DNA of 64,000 nucleotides from Thermodesulfobacteriota bacterium (GCA_964291405.2 OZ219926.1:2976001-3040000); one strand, 5' to 3'; numbered from the stretch's first letter, positions 29,183 through 39,390 are shown. The notes: generated by a model from the letters alone, not told the origin. Numbers and translations are program-made.

Positions 29183-30277
29183 GTGCTCATGCCTATCAAG
29201 CCTGTGCTCGGGGTGACCATGGGCGACCCCACAGGGGTCGGGCCGGAGGTCATACTGAAGGCTCTCCAGTCACCGCTGCATGGCTGTCGGGTTATTATCC
29301 TTGGAGATCTTGCGGTGCTACAGGAGACGGCGACCCGTCTGGCGTCTTCCCTCCGCCCGTATCAGTGGCAGGTTGGCGACGCCTTGCCCACCGACGCGCA
29401 GTGTCTACCCGTCCTGGCGCTTTCCCAACTCACTCCAGCCGAACGTATACCCGGCCATCCCACTCATGCCGGGGGAGATGCCTCCTATTGCTATGTCGAA
29501 AACGGTGTGCGTTTCACCTTGGACGGGACTTTGGACGGACTGGTCACCGCGCCGATCAGCAAAGCCATGTGGCAGGCGAGCGGCCATCCCTACCCCGGCC
29601 ATACCGAACTCCTGGCCGCGCTGACGGATGCGGCCGAGGTGCGGATGATGCTGGACGGGTCGCCCCCCCCTTTTTTGGGGGGCCGCCCTGAGCCTGTCGA
29701 AGGGCGAGGGGGCAAAAAGCAGTTGCGGGTGATTCTGGTGACCACCCATATGCCCCTGGCCCAGGTTCCGGGTGCCCTGTCGTGTGAACGAATTGAGAAA
29801 ACCATCACGGTTGCCGCGACGCATTTGCGCCGTTTTTACGGTCTGCCACGGTCCCGTCTGGCCGTCGCCGGACTCAATCCCCACGCCGGAGAAGCGGGTG
29901 CGTTCGGCGATGAAGAACAACGGCTGATTCAACCGGCCGTCGAGCAGGCCCGCGGCGCGGGCTGCAATGTTGTCGGGCCGCTGCCCGCGGATACGGTGTT
30001 TGTGCGGGCGGTGCGAGGCGAATTCGATGCTGTGATCTGCCAGTATCACGATCAAGCCCTCATTCCGCTCAAACTGTTGTCCTGGGAGGACGGAGTCAAC
30101 GTCACGCTGGGTCTGCCGATCATTCGTACCTCACCCGACCACGGCACGGCGTTTGACATTGCCGGCCATAACAAAGCCAGTCCGCGCAGCATGCAGGCGG
30201 CCCTCAGGCTGGCAGCGGAAATGACGCAACGGGCTCGGACGGCCCCCGGTAGGCTCAGCCGCGACGCTCAGGAGTGA
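29183..30277 (+). CDS. pdxA: 4-hydroxythreonine-4-phosphate dehydrogenase
   Basis: MGDPTGVGPE, GHTE, LNPHAGE, YHDQ, RTSPDHGTAFDIAG. Confidence 0.95.
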   Translation: MLMPIKPVLGVTMGDPTGVGPEVILKALQSPLHGCRVIILGDLAVLQETATRLASSLRPYQWQVGDALPTDAQCLPVLALSQLTPAERIPGHPTHAGGDASYCYVENGVRFTLDGTLDGLVTAPISKAMWQASGHPYPGHTELLAALTDAAEVRMMLDGSPPPFLGGRPEPVEGRGGKKQLRVILVTTHMPLAQVPGALSCERIEKTITVAATHLRRFYGLPRSRLAVAGLNPHAGEAGAFGDEEQRLIQPAVEQARGAGCNVVGPLPADTVFVRAVRGEFDAVICQYHDQALIPLKLLSWEDGVNVTLGLPIIRTSPDHGTAFDIAGHNKASPRSMQAALRLAAEMTQRARTAPGRLSRDAQE

Positions 30278-32532
30278 TCGGGAATATGACCACACTCGCA
30301 CGGATCGGTGAGCGGCTGAGACAGGACTACGGGGAGCCGGGGCGGCACGCCCATGAACGCCTCCGGAGCTGGCTGGCGGGTGAAGTGCCGTACGCTTATC
30401 CCGAGGTGCTTGCCCGGCATCTCGATGCAGACCATCTGGCCCTGGTGTTTGACGCCTTCTGGCAGGTTCTGCCGTTTGGGACGGGCGGCCGCCGCGGACG
30501 GGTCGGCTACGGGCCGAACCGCATGAATCCGACAACAGTAGCCATGACCGTCCAGGGGCATTGTCAATACCTTGCGTCAGTGTTTCCGAACCGGAGCGAT
30601 CTGGCGGTGGTTGTGGCCAACGATGTCCGGGTGTTTCATGACTTGGCCGGGGTGTACGGCTTTCTGGGCAACACCCACCCCCTCCTGGGCGTGTCGTCCC
30701 GCTCGCTGGGCAAACTGGCGTGTGCGATTTACGCCGGGAACGGCATTGTCGCCTATTTCGCCGAGCCGGAAAACGACATGGCCGTGCTGACCACGCCGGA
30801 GCTGTCCTATCTGATTGGTCAACTGGGCGCGGTTGGGGGCATTAATCTGTCGGCCTCGCATAATCCGCCCGACGATAACGGCATCAAGGTGTATGACCAG
30901 TATGGCAGCCAACCGGTGGCCCCGGACGACCAGCGGCTGGTGGATATCATGGCTCAGGCCACGGACATTCGCTCCATCCCCTTTGCACAGGCCCTGGGCC
31001 GGGACCTGATTCGCCCCATTCCACGTCGGTTGCACGAGGACTATCTCCGGACCTATGTGCGGCTCTACGATCAGCTTTATACTCCGTTGCCGGCCTATCC
31101 GGTTGTGTTTACCCCCCTGAACGGCTGTGGGCTGACGACGGTTGGCGCGCTGCTGGAGCGAGTCGGGTTTCCGATACAGACCCCGCCCGACCAGGGCCCG
31201 GACGGGACTTTTGCGGCCATTCCTTTTCGCGTGCCCAACCCCGAAGTCCCCCAGGCGACCGAGCCGGCAAAAGCCTTTGCCGATACGCGCGGGATCGGCC
31301 TGGTCCTCTCCAGTGACCCGGATGCGGACAGGGTCGGTCTTGAGGCCAGACTGTCCGATGGGAGCTGGTATCATTTTGACGGCAACCAGCTTGCGGCCAT
31401 GCTGTGCTATTTCCTGATGCTGGACCCCAGAGGTCCGCAGCGCAGAGGGCTGGTCATTGAGACCCTGGTGACAACCCGGCTACTGGGTAGGATCGTGGCT
31501 CAGGCGGGCGATTCCTGGATCGTGGACGACCTGCTCGTCGGCTTCAAATATGTGGCGGCGGTCCTGAAAGCCCTGGACCAGACCGGAACCTATCGCGACG
31601 TGCGGTGTACGTCCGAGCAACTGGTCCTGGCGGTCGAAGAAAGCCACGGCGGTATGCTCATCCCCCACCTCAAAGATAAAGATGCCGCGCCGGCCTGCCT
31701 CTATTTCGCCACCCTCTACCAGCAGCTCCGCCAAGAGGGAAAGACGCTGCTCGACTACTATATTCACATCCTGGAAGAGTTGGGCGGGTATGCGGATGTG
31801 AATCGCTCCATCATGATGAGCGGGGCGGAGGGAGTATTGCGCCGAGACCGGCTTATGCACTCCCTGCGCGAAGCACCGCCCCGGCAGCTTGGCGGGTTTG
31901 CCGTTACGGATATGATTGATTACTGGGACGAGGCGCGCTTCGGACCCTTTGTGAGCGAAACCGATAAGCTCCCCCGGAATGTCTTGCAAATCGTGACAGA
32001 CGACGGGGTGACGATCATCCGGCCGTCAGGCACGGAGCCGAAACTCAAATTCTATTGCCAGCTCCTGCCCCACGGAGCCGAAACAGCCCTATACGGAAGC
32101 GCGCTTTTGGAGACCGTCCGGACCAGGGCCGAGGCCGTGGCCGGACAGGTCTATAATGAGCTCCTGGCCCGGCTCGACTGTCGCTTGAGTGCGGCCGGCC
32201 TGCTCCTGCCCGATATTATCGACCTCACCCACAAGCGCACTTTTGATACCAGTACGATCCCTCAGCTACGCCAGGCGTTTGTGTCCGGGTCGTTGCCGAG
32301 CCTGGACGATACGCTCGTCTGGCTGCGAGAGAAAACATCTGGGATGACACCAGGGGCAGACCCTTTACCTGCCCTGAGAGCGTCGCTCGCCGCACTGTGC
32401 GAGCAGTGGCAGGCCGAGATTTCGAGCCCCGCCCTGGAAGCACTACGGCGATGGACCCAACCGACCCAACGGACCCAATCGACCCAACAAACTCAACCGA
32501 CTCAACGGACATACCCATGCGACGCAGAGTGA
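30274..32532 (+). CDS. Alpha-D-phosphohexomutase (PGM/PMM family) with C-terminal extension
   Basis: FGTGGRRG, SASHNP, SDPDADR, VGFKY, EESHG, RPSGTEPKLKFY. Confidence 0.9.
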   Translation: MIGNMTTLARIGERLRQDYGEPGRHAHERLRSWLAGEVPYAYPEVLARHLDADHLALVFDAFWQVLPFGTGGRRGRVGYGPNRMNPTTVAMTVQGHCQYLASVFPNRSDLAVVVANDVRVFHDLAGVYGFLGNTHPLLGVSSRSLGKLACAIYAGNGIVAYFAEPENDMAVLTTPELSYLIGQLGAVGGINLSASHNPPDDNGIKVYDQYGSQPVAPDDQRLVDIMAQATDIRSIPFAQALGRDLIRPIPRRLHEDYLRTYVRLYDQLYTPLPAYPVVFTPLNGCGLTTVGALLERVGFPIQTPPDQGPDGTFAAIPFRVPNPEVPQATEPAKAFADTRGIGLVLSSDPDADRVGLEARLSDGSWYHFDGNQLAAMLCYFLMLDPRGPQRRGLVIETLVTTRLLGRIVAQAGDSWIVDDLLVGFKYVAAVLKALDQTGTYRDVRCTSEQLVLAVEESHGGMLIPHLKDKDAAPACLYFATLYQQLRQEGKTLLDYYIHILEELGGYADVNRSIMMSGAEGVLRRDRLMHSLREAPPRQLGGFAVTDMIDYWDEARFGPFVSETDKLPRNVLQIVTDDGVTIIRPSGTEPKLKFYCQLLPHGAETALYGSALLETVRTRAEAVAGQVYNELLARLDCRLSAAGLLLPDIIDLTHKRTFDTSTIPQLRQAFVSGSLPSLDDTLVWLREKTSGMTPGADPLPALRASLAALCEQWQAEISSPALEALRRWTQPTQRTQSTQQTQPTQRTYPCDAE
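32452..32510 (+). repeat. Degenerate 9-bp tandem repeat (GACYCAANN)n
   Basis: GACCCAACC GACCCAACG GACCCAATC GACCCAACA AACTCAACC GACTCAACG; related runs on the opposite strand at ~3664-3717 and ~21974-21997. Confidence 0.75.
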
Positions 32533-33491
32533 GCGTAATTGGAGGTGGAACCGGGTCGTTCAACGTCCTGTCGGGTCTGCGTACCTATGCCGACCTGTGG
32601 GTACAATCCATCGTGACCATGATGGATTCGGGCGGCGACTCGGGGCGTCTCCGGGATGAATTCGGGGTGCTGCCCCCGGGTGATATGCGGCGCTGTCTGG
32701 TCGCCCTGTCAGAAGAGAGCCAGCTCTTGCGCGATCTGTTTTCTTTTCGGTTTGTAGATGCGCCCCTGGAAGGCCGGAGCTTTGGCAATCTTTTTTTCCT
32801 CGCCCTGACAAAAATTCTGGACTCCGAGAAACAGGCGATTGAAGCGATCAGCCGGATACTCAAAATACGGGGTCGCGTCCTGGCCGTGACCTGGGATCAC
32901 GCTCATCTGTGCGCGGAGCTGGCGGACGGCACCCTGATCGAGGGAGAGGCCAATATCGACGTGCCCAAGCACGACCCGGCCATCCCGATCCAACGGGTGT
33001 ATCTCACGCCCGCGGCGCGGGCCAACCCCGAGGCCGTCCGGGCCCTGCACGAGAGCGATTTCATTATCTTTGCGCCGGGGAATTTATACACCTCAACCAT
33101 TCCCAATGTCTTGGTCAGCGGCATTCCGGAAGCGCTCCAAAACGCGCGCGCACCGGTCATTTACATTCTCAACCTCATGACCCGTCATGGAGAAACCGAT
33201 GGCTATTCTGCCTCTCAGCACGTGGCAAAGCTGGCCGAGTATGCGGGCCGGACCCCTGATGCGGTGGTTGTCCACCGGGGTGAGATCCCCCCGGCACTGG
33301 CACGCAAATATCAGGAAGAACAGGCCGCACAGGTCAGGCTCGATACTGAGGCACTGTATGACCTTGGGGTAAAAGTGGTGAAATTCGGGAACGTCATGTC
33401 GGCCCATTCTCTGGTGCGGCACGATCCGGCCCGCACGGCGCGCGTGGTGGGTGAGCTGTTTGAAGAGTTGGGCGGCGACGCGCGCCGGTAA
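32517..33491 (+). CDS. yvcK: YvcK/GlmR (CofD-related UPF0052) protein
   Basis: IGGGTG, DSGGDSGRLR, PPGDMRRCL, SFGNL, GEANI, PGNLYTS, RHDP. Confidence 0.9.
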   Translation: MRRRVSVIGGGTGSFNVLSGLRTYADLWVQSIVTMMDSGGDSGRLRDEFGVLPPGDMRRCLVALSEESQLLRDLFSFRFVDAPLEGRSFGNLFFLALTKILDSEKQAIEAISRILKIRGRVLAVTWDHAHLCAELADGTLIEGEANIDVPKHDPAIPIQRVYLTPAARANPEAVRALHESDFIIFAPGNLYTSTIPNVLVSGIPEALQNARAPVIYILNLMTRHGETDGYSASQHVAKLAEYAGRTPDAVVVHRGEIPPALARKYQEEQAAQVRLDTEALYDLGVKVVKFGNVMSAHSLVRHDPARTARVVGELFEELGGDARR

Positions 33492-33512
33492 TACGACAGG
33501 ACGCGGTGGAGG

Positions 33513-34328
33513 ATGAGCGAAGCGGAGACGCTTGAGCGGATCAGGCAGCTCGTACGCGCTGCGGATCAGATGGCCCTGGACCAGTATGGCCGGAGTCCGG
33601 GTTCGCTCAAACCCGACGGCTCATGGGTCACACCCGCGGATGGCGCAATCGAGGACTTTCTGCGCCGCGAGCTGACGGCACTCTTTCACGGGGACGTGGG
33701 GATTTTCGGGGAAGAGCAGGGCTGGTCCGAAAACCGTTCGGCTTCGTATATTGCCATACTCGATCCGATTGACGGGACGGCGGCATTCCGCAGCCGTATT
33801 CCCGTGTGGGGCGTTTCCCTGGCGGTCTTCCAGCAGCAGGCGGAATCCGACTTGTGGGAACCGCTCATCGGCATTTTCAGCATGCCGGCGGCCAACCATG
33901 TTTTTCTGAGTGCGCACGGCAAGCGCGCCGAGTGGAATGCTGCTCTGCTCACTATCCCACCCGTCCAGCCGGACATCCGGAAATCCGACTATCTCGGGGT
34001 CTCATCGGACGTGCAGCACTGGAATCTCAGTCAATATCCCGGCAAGCTTCGGAGCTTCGGCGTCTCCGGCTACGAGGTCATTCTGGTCGCCACCGGCGCA
34101 CTCCAGGCCAGCTTGCTCACCCGTTTCCACTTTTACGATATTGCCGCTGCGGCAATGGTGTTATGGCAGGCCGGGGGAGGGTTGTATCGACTCTCCGGCG
34201 AGCCGGTAACCCCAACCGAAATGGTACGGAAGACAAGAGACCAACCAGAGGCATCGGAAGCACCCATTATCGCCTGTCACCCAGCCCACCTCGGAGCGCT
34301 GCTGGAGATGAAATTCCGGCCCTTGTGA
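33513..34328 (+). CDS. Inositol monophosphatase family protein
   Basis: VTPAD, GEE, LDPIDGT, YDIAAA. Confidence 0.88.
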   Translation: MSEAETLERIRQLVRAADQMALDQYGRSPGSLKPDGSWVTPADGAIEDFLRRELTALFHGDVGIFGEEQGWSENRSASYIAILDPIDGTAAFRSRIPVWGVSLAVFQQQAESDLWEPLIGIFSMPAANHVFLSAHGKRAEWNAALLTIPPVQPDIRKSDYLGVSSDVQHWNLSQYPGKLRSFGVSGYEVILVATGALQASLLTRFHFYDIAAAAMVLWQAGGGLYRLSGEPVTPTEMVRKTRDQPEASEAPIIACHPAHLGALLEMKFRPL

Positions 34329-34454
34329 CGGCCGTTTCAATCCTCACCCGTCCGCTCCTCCCTCCAGAGTAAGGACAGCGAGAGAATCCGTTGACAGAGC
34401 CTATCCACTTTCGTACTTACATTGTATGCACTCGACCAAAACGGAGGCTTGCCG

Positions 34455-34709
34455 ATGAAAACTGCCCTCGTTCAAATTGGGAACTCGCGCGGTGTCCGCA
34501 TCCCCAAAGCATTTTTGGAACAGTGCCAGCTCCACGACCAAGTCGAACTGGAGCTCCGGCACGACCACCTGGTCATTCGTCCGGTCAGACAGCCTCGGAG
34601 CGGGTGGGATGACGCCTTTGGCCACATGCGTGAACATGGGGATGATGCCCTGCTTGATGAGGGGTCTCTGTCAGCCACCGAATGGGACACGACGGAGTGG
34701 GAATGGTAG
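34455..34709 (+). CDS. mazE: AbrB/MazE antitoxin
   Basis: IGNSRGVRIPK, acidic WDTTEWEW tail; GGAGG RBS. Confidence 0.9.
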   Translation: MKTALVQIGNSRGVRIPKAFLEQCQLHDQVELELRHDHLVIRPVRQPRSGWDDAFGHMREHGDDALLDEGSLSATEWDTTEWEW

Positions 34710-35026
34710 TTGCCCGTTTTGAGGTTTACTTGGTGCGGCTCGATCCTACACAAGGGCATGAGATTCAGAAAACGCGTCCATGTGTCGTCATATCGCCCGA
34801 TGAAATGAATCAGCATATCGGTACTGTTGTTGTCGCTCCGATGACGACAAAAGGGCGTCTGTATCCTACCCGGATACCCGTTCGTTTTCAGAGAAAAAGC
34901 GGTCAGGTTGTCCTGGATCAGATACGCACGGTTGACAAAACGCGTTTGGTCCGCCGCCTGGGAAAAATTAGCGACAGGGCGGTGCGGGAAGTCCTGACTG
35001 TCCTGGGCGAAATGTTTGCGCCGTAG
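34703..35026 (+). CDS. mazF: PemK/MazF endoribonuclease toxin
   Basis: LDPTQGHEIQKTRPCVVISP, DQIRTVDK. Confidence 0.93.
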   Translation: MVVARFEVYLVRLDPTQGHEIQKTRPCVVISPDEMNQHIGTVVVAPMTTKGRLYPTRIPVRFQRKSGQVVLDQIRTVDKTRLVRRLGKISDRAVREVLTVLGEMFAP

Positions 35027-35056
35027 GGTGAGAGCAGGTGAGACTGGAGAGGGGAG

Positions 35057-35082
35057 CGGGGCAGACCGTCGGGTCTGCCCCG
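35057..35082. terminator. Hairpin between convergent genes
   Basis: CGGGGCAGACC-GTCG-GGTCTGCCCCG; no U-tract, so it may be a REP hairpin. Confidence 0.45.
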
Positions 35083-35090
35083 ATGAACAT

Positions 35091-36212
35091 CTAGGCGCTG
35101 GCCGCAACCAATTCCGCCTGCTCCTTGGGCAGTTGGAAGGCCGGATCGGTCTGAAGCACGGGCAGGACTTTCTCGGCAAAGAGCTGGAAGCTGCGGTTCA
35201 GTTTCGGGGCCGGCAGGCCGCCGAAAGCGAAGGTGCCGACCATGTGGTCGAGCGCGACCGTCTCGTGAATATAGCGGATTTTTTCGAGTACCTGATCCGG
35301 TGTGCCGGCCGCATGCAGGCTGCGGAAGAACTCGATTGCCTTGACCTTGGCCTCCGCGTCCGCGTTGAGCTTGGCATAGGTTTTGGCCATTTTGCCGTAG
35401 AACTCATAGCCCTTGACGCTTTTCAGCTTGCCCGAGGAAAAGCCGTAGTGGTTTTCAATGGAGTCAAACAGCGTACCCATATAATGTTGGGCCAGGTCTT
35501 CGGCTTCTTTGGCATCGTCAGAAACCAGGACGTTGAATAAGCCGATGGGCGGACGGGGGGTGATGTTGTTGGCCAGGGCCGTCTCGCAGTAGCGTTGATA
35601 GTCCGTGGCCGTATCTTCCCAACTGCGCTGGGCGATGATCAACACGCCGAAGCCCATCTTGGCCATGATGTCCGCCGACTCCGGGCTGACCGACGAGGCA
35701 TAGAAGCGGGTCTCGGGATTGGAGATGGGCCGCGGGCGGACTTGAATGTCCGGAATCTGATAATACTTGCCCTCGTACGAAAAGCTGTCCTGGGTCAGAC
35801 CCAGACGGATGATGTCGGCGCATTCGACAAAACGCTCGCGCGACTCGTCCATGGGAATGCGGAAGCCGGCGTATTCGACCGTGGCTGCGCCGCGCCCAAA
35901 GCCGAAGATCGTGCGTCCGCCGGACACGAGGTCGAGCAGGGCGATTTTCTCGGCAATCTCGACCGGGTCGTGCCAGGGCAACACGATGACCGCGGTGCCG
36001 AGTTGAATCTTCTTGGTGCGCCCGGCCATATAGGACAACAACTGACATGGGTCAGGCGACATCACATAGCCGGTGAAATGGTGGTCCAGACTCCACAGCG
36101 AGTCAAAGCCGTAGTCTTCCGCTTTATCCGCCAGTGACAGCTCTTCCTGATAGGTTTGCAGGTCCGGCTTGCCGTCAAAACTGGTCAACTGCATGATCGT
36201 ACCGACTTTCAT
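35091..36212 (-). CDS. LLM-class flavin-dependent oxidoreductase
   Basis: GFDSLWSLDHHF, LGTAVIVLPWHDP, SGGR..FGFGRG. Confidence 0.92.
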   Translation of the reverse strand: MKVGTIMQLTSFDGKPDLQTYQEELSLADKAEDYGFDSLWSLDHHFTGYVMSPDPCQLLSYMAGRTKKIQLGTAVIVLPWHDPVEIAEKIALLDLVSGGRTIFGFGRGAATVEYAGFRIPMDESRERFVECADIIRLGLTQDSFSYEGKYYQIPDIQVRPRPISNPETRFYASSVSPESADIMAKMGFGVLIIAQRSWEDTATDYQRYCETALANNITPRPPIGLFNVLVSDDAKEAEDLAQHYMGTLFDSIENHYGFSSGKLKSVKGYEFYGKMAKTYAKLNADAEAKVKAIEFFRSLHAAGTPDQVLEKIRYIHETVALDHMVGTFAFGGLPAPKLNRSFQLFAEKVLPVLQTDPAFQLPKEQAELVAASA

Positions 36213-36311
36213 GGTTCCTCCTTTTTCTCTCCTGAGTTTTCCTCCGCGTACGATGAAGCGCCCATTGTAGAAGAGCGCGGCCAATTACACAAACGGTCCA
36301 AAATCAGGGAT

Positions 36312-36339
36312 GTAGGGGCAATTCATGAATTGCCCCTAC
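36312..36339. repeat. 28-bp GTAG REP palindrome, copy 2
   Basis: Identical to 3721-3748. Confidence 0.9.
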
Positions 36340-36408
36340 GTTTGCGCCTTTGAAAACTCTCCATCTTTCTGGTACAGCGTCGGGTCGAATACCACACAAG
36401 GGAGATGT

Positions 36409-37599
36409 ATGACAACCGATTCCTTACTCATTGACTGTGACGGACATATCCTTGAACCGCCCGATCTGTGGGAACAATATCTTGATCCAGCCTATCGTGA
36501 CCGGGCGCTGCGTATCCGCGTAGACCCGGACGACGGGTACGAATACCTGGAGGTTGACACCAAGCGGGCCAAGCTCACCCGTCCGGGCACGCTGGGCACC
36601 CTGGGTGGTATGGGCAAACAGGTGGACGAGGCCACTCAACTGCGCCAACGGGCGATGCGGGGCGAGATCCGACCCGAAGAGGTGCGGGCGATCCGACCGG
36701 GGCCGGAACTGACCTATCTCAAGGGAGCGGCGTTCGGCACCATGGATATGAAGGAGCGGGTGGAACTGCTCGGCCGCGAGCACATGGACAAGGCCATCCT
36801 CTACCCGACCCTCGGGCTGCTGTGGGAGGCCGAACTGCTCGACCCCGAACTGTCCGCGGCGTACTGCCGGGCGTATAATCGCTGGATTGCCGACTTCTGC
36901 CGGGACTCGGGCGGACGGCTGGTGCCCATTGCCCACGTGTCGCTCGGCGACCCCCAGGAAGCTGCCCGCGAAATCGAACGCGCCGTCACGGATGGCTGTA
37001 AAGGAGTGTTCGTCAGCCCGTTTACGATTTCACGTATCCCCCACGGCGACCCCCGCCACGATGTTGTCTTTGCCACGGCTCAGGACTGCGACATCCCGTT
37101 TGCCATTCATCCCACGTTTGAGCCGCCCGAGTGGGGTATCCACCAACGCTATGACAAGTTCGGCTGGGCCATGTGGTATGTGGACCTGTTCGCCGGTCAG
37201 GGCGTGCAGCATGCCTTTGGTACCTTGTTTCAATGGGGCGTGTTTGAACGCTTCCCGCGTTTGCGAGTCGTCGTTCTGGAATCGCAGGCCGGCTGGATCG
37301 GTTATTTTCTCGACCGGGCGGACGCCATCTTCGAGGGTACGACGCTTGGCGCGACGGTGCGTCTCAAGGAAAAGCCGTCCTACTACTTCAAGCGGCAGTG
37401 TTATATTTCCGCGGACCCCGAAGAGCGCACAATCGCGTCTCTGACCGATCTGGTCGGTGCGGACAAATTCTTCTGGGCGAGCGACTACCCTCATCCGGAC
37501 CATCCGGCGAACTACCTCGAAGAATTGCAGGAAATGGTTGCGCCGATGGGCGAGACCGCCCGCCGTGGCATCCTGGGGGAAAACGTCGCCCGCGCCTAG
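36409..37599 (+). CDS. Amidohydrolase_2 family protein
   Basis: IDCDGHILEP, YNRWIADFC, GVFERFPRL, ASDYPHPD. Confidence 0.9.
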   Translation: MTTDSLLIDCDGHILEPPDLWEQYLDPAYRDRALRIRVDPDDGYEYLEVDTKRAKLTRPGTLGTLGGMGKQVDEATQLRQRAMRGEIRPEEVRAIRPGPELTYLKGAAFGTMDMKERVELLGREHMDKAILYPTLGLLWEAELLDPELSAAYCRAYNRWIADFCRDSGGRLVPIAHVSLGDPQEAAREIERAVTDGCKGVFVSPFTISRIPHGDPRHDVVFATAQDCDIPFAIHPTFEPPEWGIHQRYDKFGWAMWYVDLFAGQGVQHAFGTLFQWGVFERFPRLRVVVLESQAGWIGYFLDRADAIFEGTTLGATVRLKEKPSYYFKRQCYISADPEERTIASLTDLVGADKFFWASDYPHPDHPANYLEELQEMVAPMGETARRGILGENVARA

Positions 37600-37620
37600 C
37601 TCGACTGAGCGGTGCGGTTC

Positions 37621-37648
37621 GTAGGGGCAATTCATGAATTGCCCCTAC
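37621..37648. repeat. 28-bp GTAG REP palindrome, copy 3
   Basis: Identical to 3721-3748. Confidence 0.9.
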
Positions 37649-37649
37649 G

Positions 37650-39390
37650 CCTTAGATTCGATACTCGAAGCCCACGTATCGCCTCTCCGAGCGGCCGAAT
37701 AGCGGAGTCTGGTCGTGGTGCGGACATGCGTTTTTCTGTTCGCACCGGCCTTGAGAATCCCGAACCTGCCCAGGTTATAGCTGAGCTGAATATCGGTCAG
37801 CCATTTGGCGTTATAGTTCTGGATAAAATTTCCACCGCCCTCGTGCACTTTGTACTGGCCGTAGCGGTGCAGCGAGATCGAAACCGCGAACTGCTCCAGG
37901 CGGTACACCCCGTTCAGCAGGAAGTGACTCTTGGGCTGCCAGTCTTCCAGAATGCCACGGTCGGTGGCGGTGAAGAGCGAGGAGGGCAGGCCGGACGGCA
38001 GGTTGACCTTGCGAATCTCGGTCTTGCTCATGGAGCCGACCGCCTTGAGGGTCAGGTCGCCCAGCGGAATATACGGCACGTTGCACGAAGGAAGCCCTGG
38101 GTGCGGGTATCCGCGGGTTCATAAAGCTGACGCCCGATGGGCGACTCGGCCAGACCCCGGCTCCCGTTGGGGTGACGTTGCCGCTCAGTGATGATACGGT
38201 CTTCGACCTCGATGTGGTAGAAGTCGGTGGTGAGCGAAAACGATGGAACGGGCTGGAATACGAAGCCGGCGCTCAAGTTGATCGAGGTCTCCTCTTCCAG
38301 TTCGGGAATGCCGATTGCCCTGGCGATTCGGCTGTCATTCCGAAATGTGCCGCGTTCCTCGGCCAGGGTTGCGCCGGTCTGCGGGTCGGTCACGAACTGG
38401 GTGCTGGTATTGTTGAAGTAGAGCTGCTGCATGGACGGCGCGCGAAAGCCGCTGCTCACCGAGCCGCGCAGCGCGAACCAGTCGGTCAGGTCCCATTTAG
38501 CGGCGGCTTTGCCGTTGACGGTATTGCCGAAGTCGCTGTAGTGCTCGTAGCGCGCGGCCGGGCTGACCATCAACCAGTCGGTCAGATACAGCTCGGAGTC
38601 CACATACAGGGCAAAGGCGTGGCGGGTCTCGTCCACTTCGTTTTCGGGCTTGAAGCCGGGGAAGACCTGGATGCCGGCCGAGCCGCCGCCGCTCCCGTCA
38701 TAATCCGCGTACGAGTATTCCTCGCCGGCCACGATTTCGTATTGATCGCGCTTATACTCCCCGCCCCAGGCCAGAAACATATTATTGTTCGGCGTCAGGG
38801 TGAAGTCCAGGTTCACGGTGGTCAGATAGAGTTGCAGGCTGCCGGCGTCCGCGGACGAATCGGGTGCACCGGAGGCGTCCAGACCCGGAAAGACCGGATT
38901 GCCGGCGCCGTCAAGAAAAGGCGCGTTCTGGCCGAGACTCCGGTTGACCCACGAGGCGTTATGGGAGTTGAGAATGTGAGCCAAAGTCGTTTCCGCCATG
39001 GACCACGCTGAGGTCGGCGGTCAGGCCGTTATCGAACCGCTTGCTGAGACCCCCACCGCCGGCGTAGGACCGTGGTCTCGATATGCGGCAGAAATCCCCA
39101 GTGCGACCCTTGGGGGAAGAGCCCTTCGAGGTAGGGATTGCGGAAAGTGGCCCGGCAGCCGCCGCTCTCGTTCTTGGCAAAGGCGTAGACCTCGGCGTCC
39201 TGCCACAGTGCATCAATGGGTTTCTCGAAGTTTAGTGCCGCTGACCTGCTCCAACTCAGAATCTCCGATCCGGAAACGCCGCCGGTCGAAGTTGCGTTCC
39301 TTGTCGCCTGGGTCTTGCAGCAGGACGGTGGCACCCTCTTTATGGGTTGTGAGCAGGGCGGTCTGGCGGGCCGGGTCGAGTTGATCGGGT
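37650..39390 (-). pseudogene. Fragmented TonB-dependent receptor
   Basis: Pieces in several frames: ARYEHYSDFG, RGSVSSGFRAPS, LEEETSINLSAG, DFYHIEVEDRI, KWLTDIQLSY; no intact N- or C-terminus. Confidence 0.85.
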
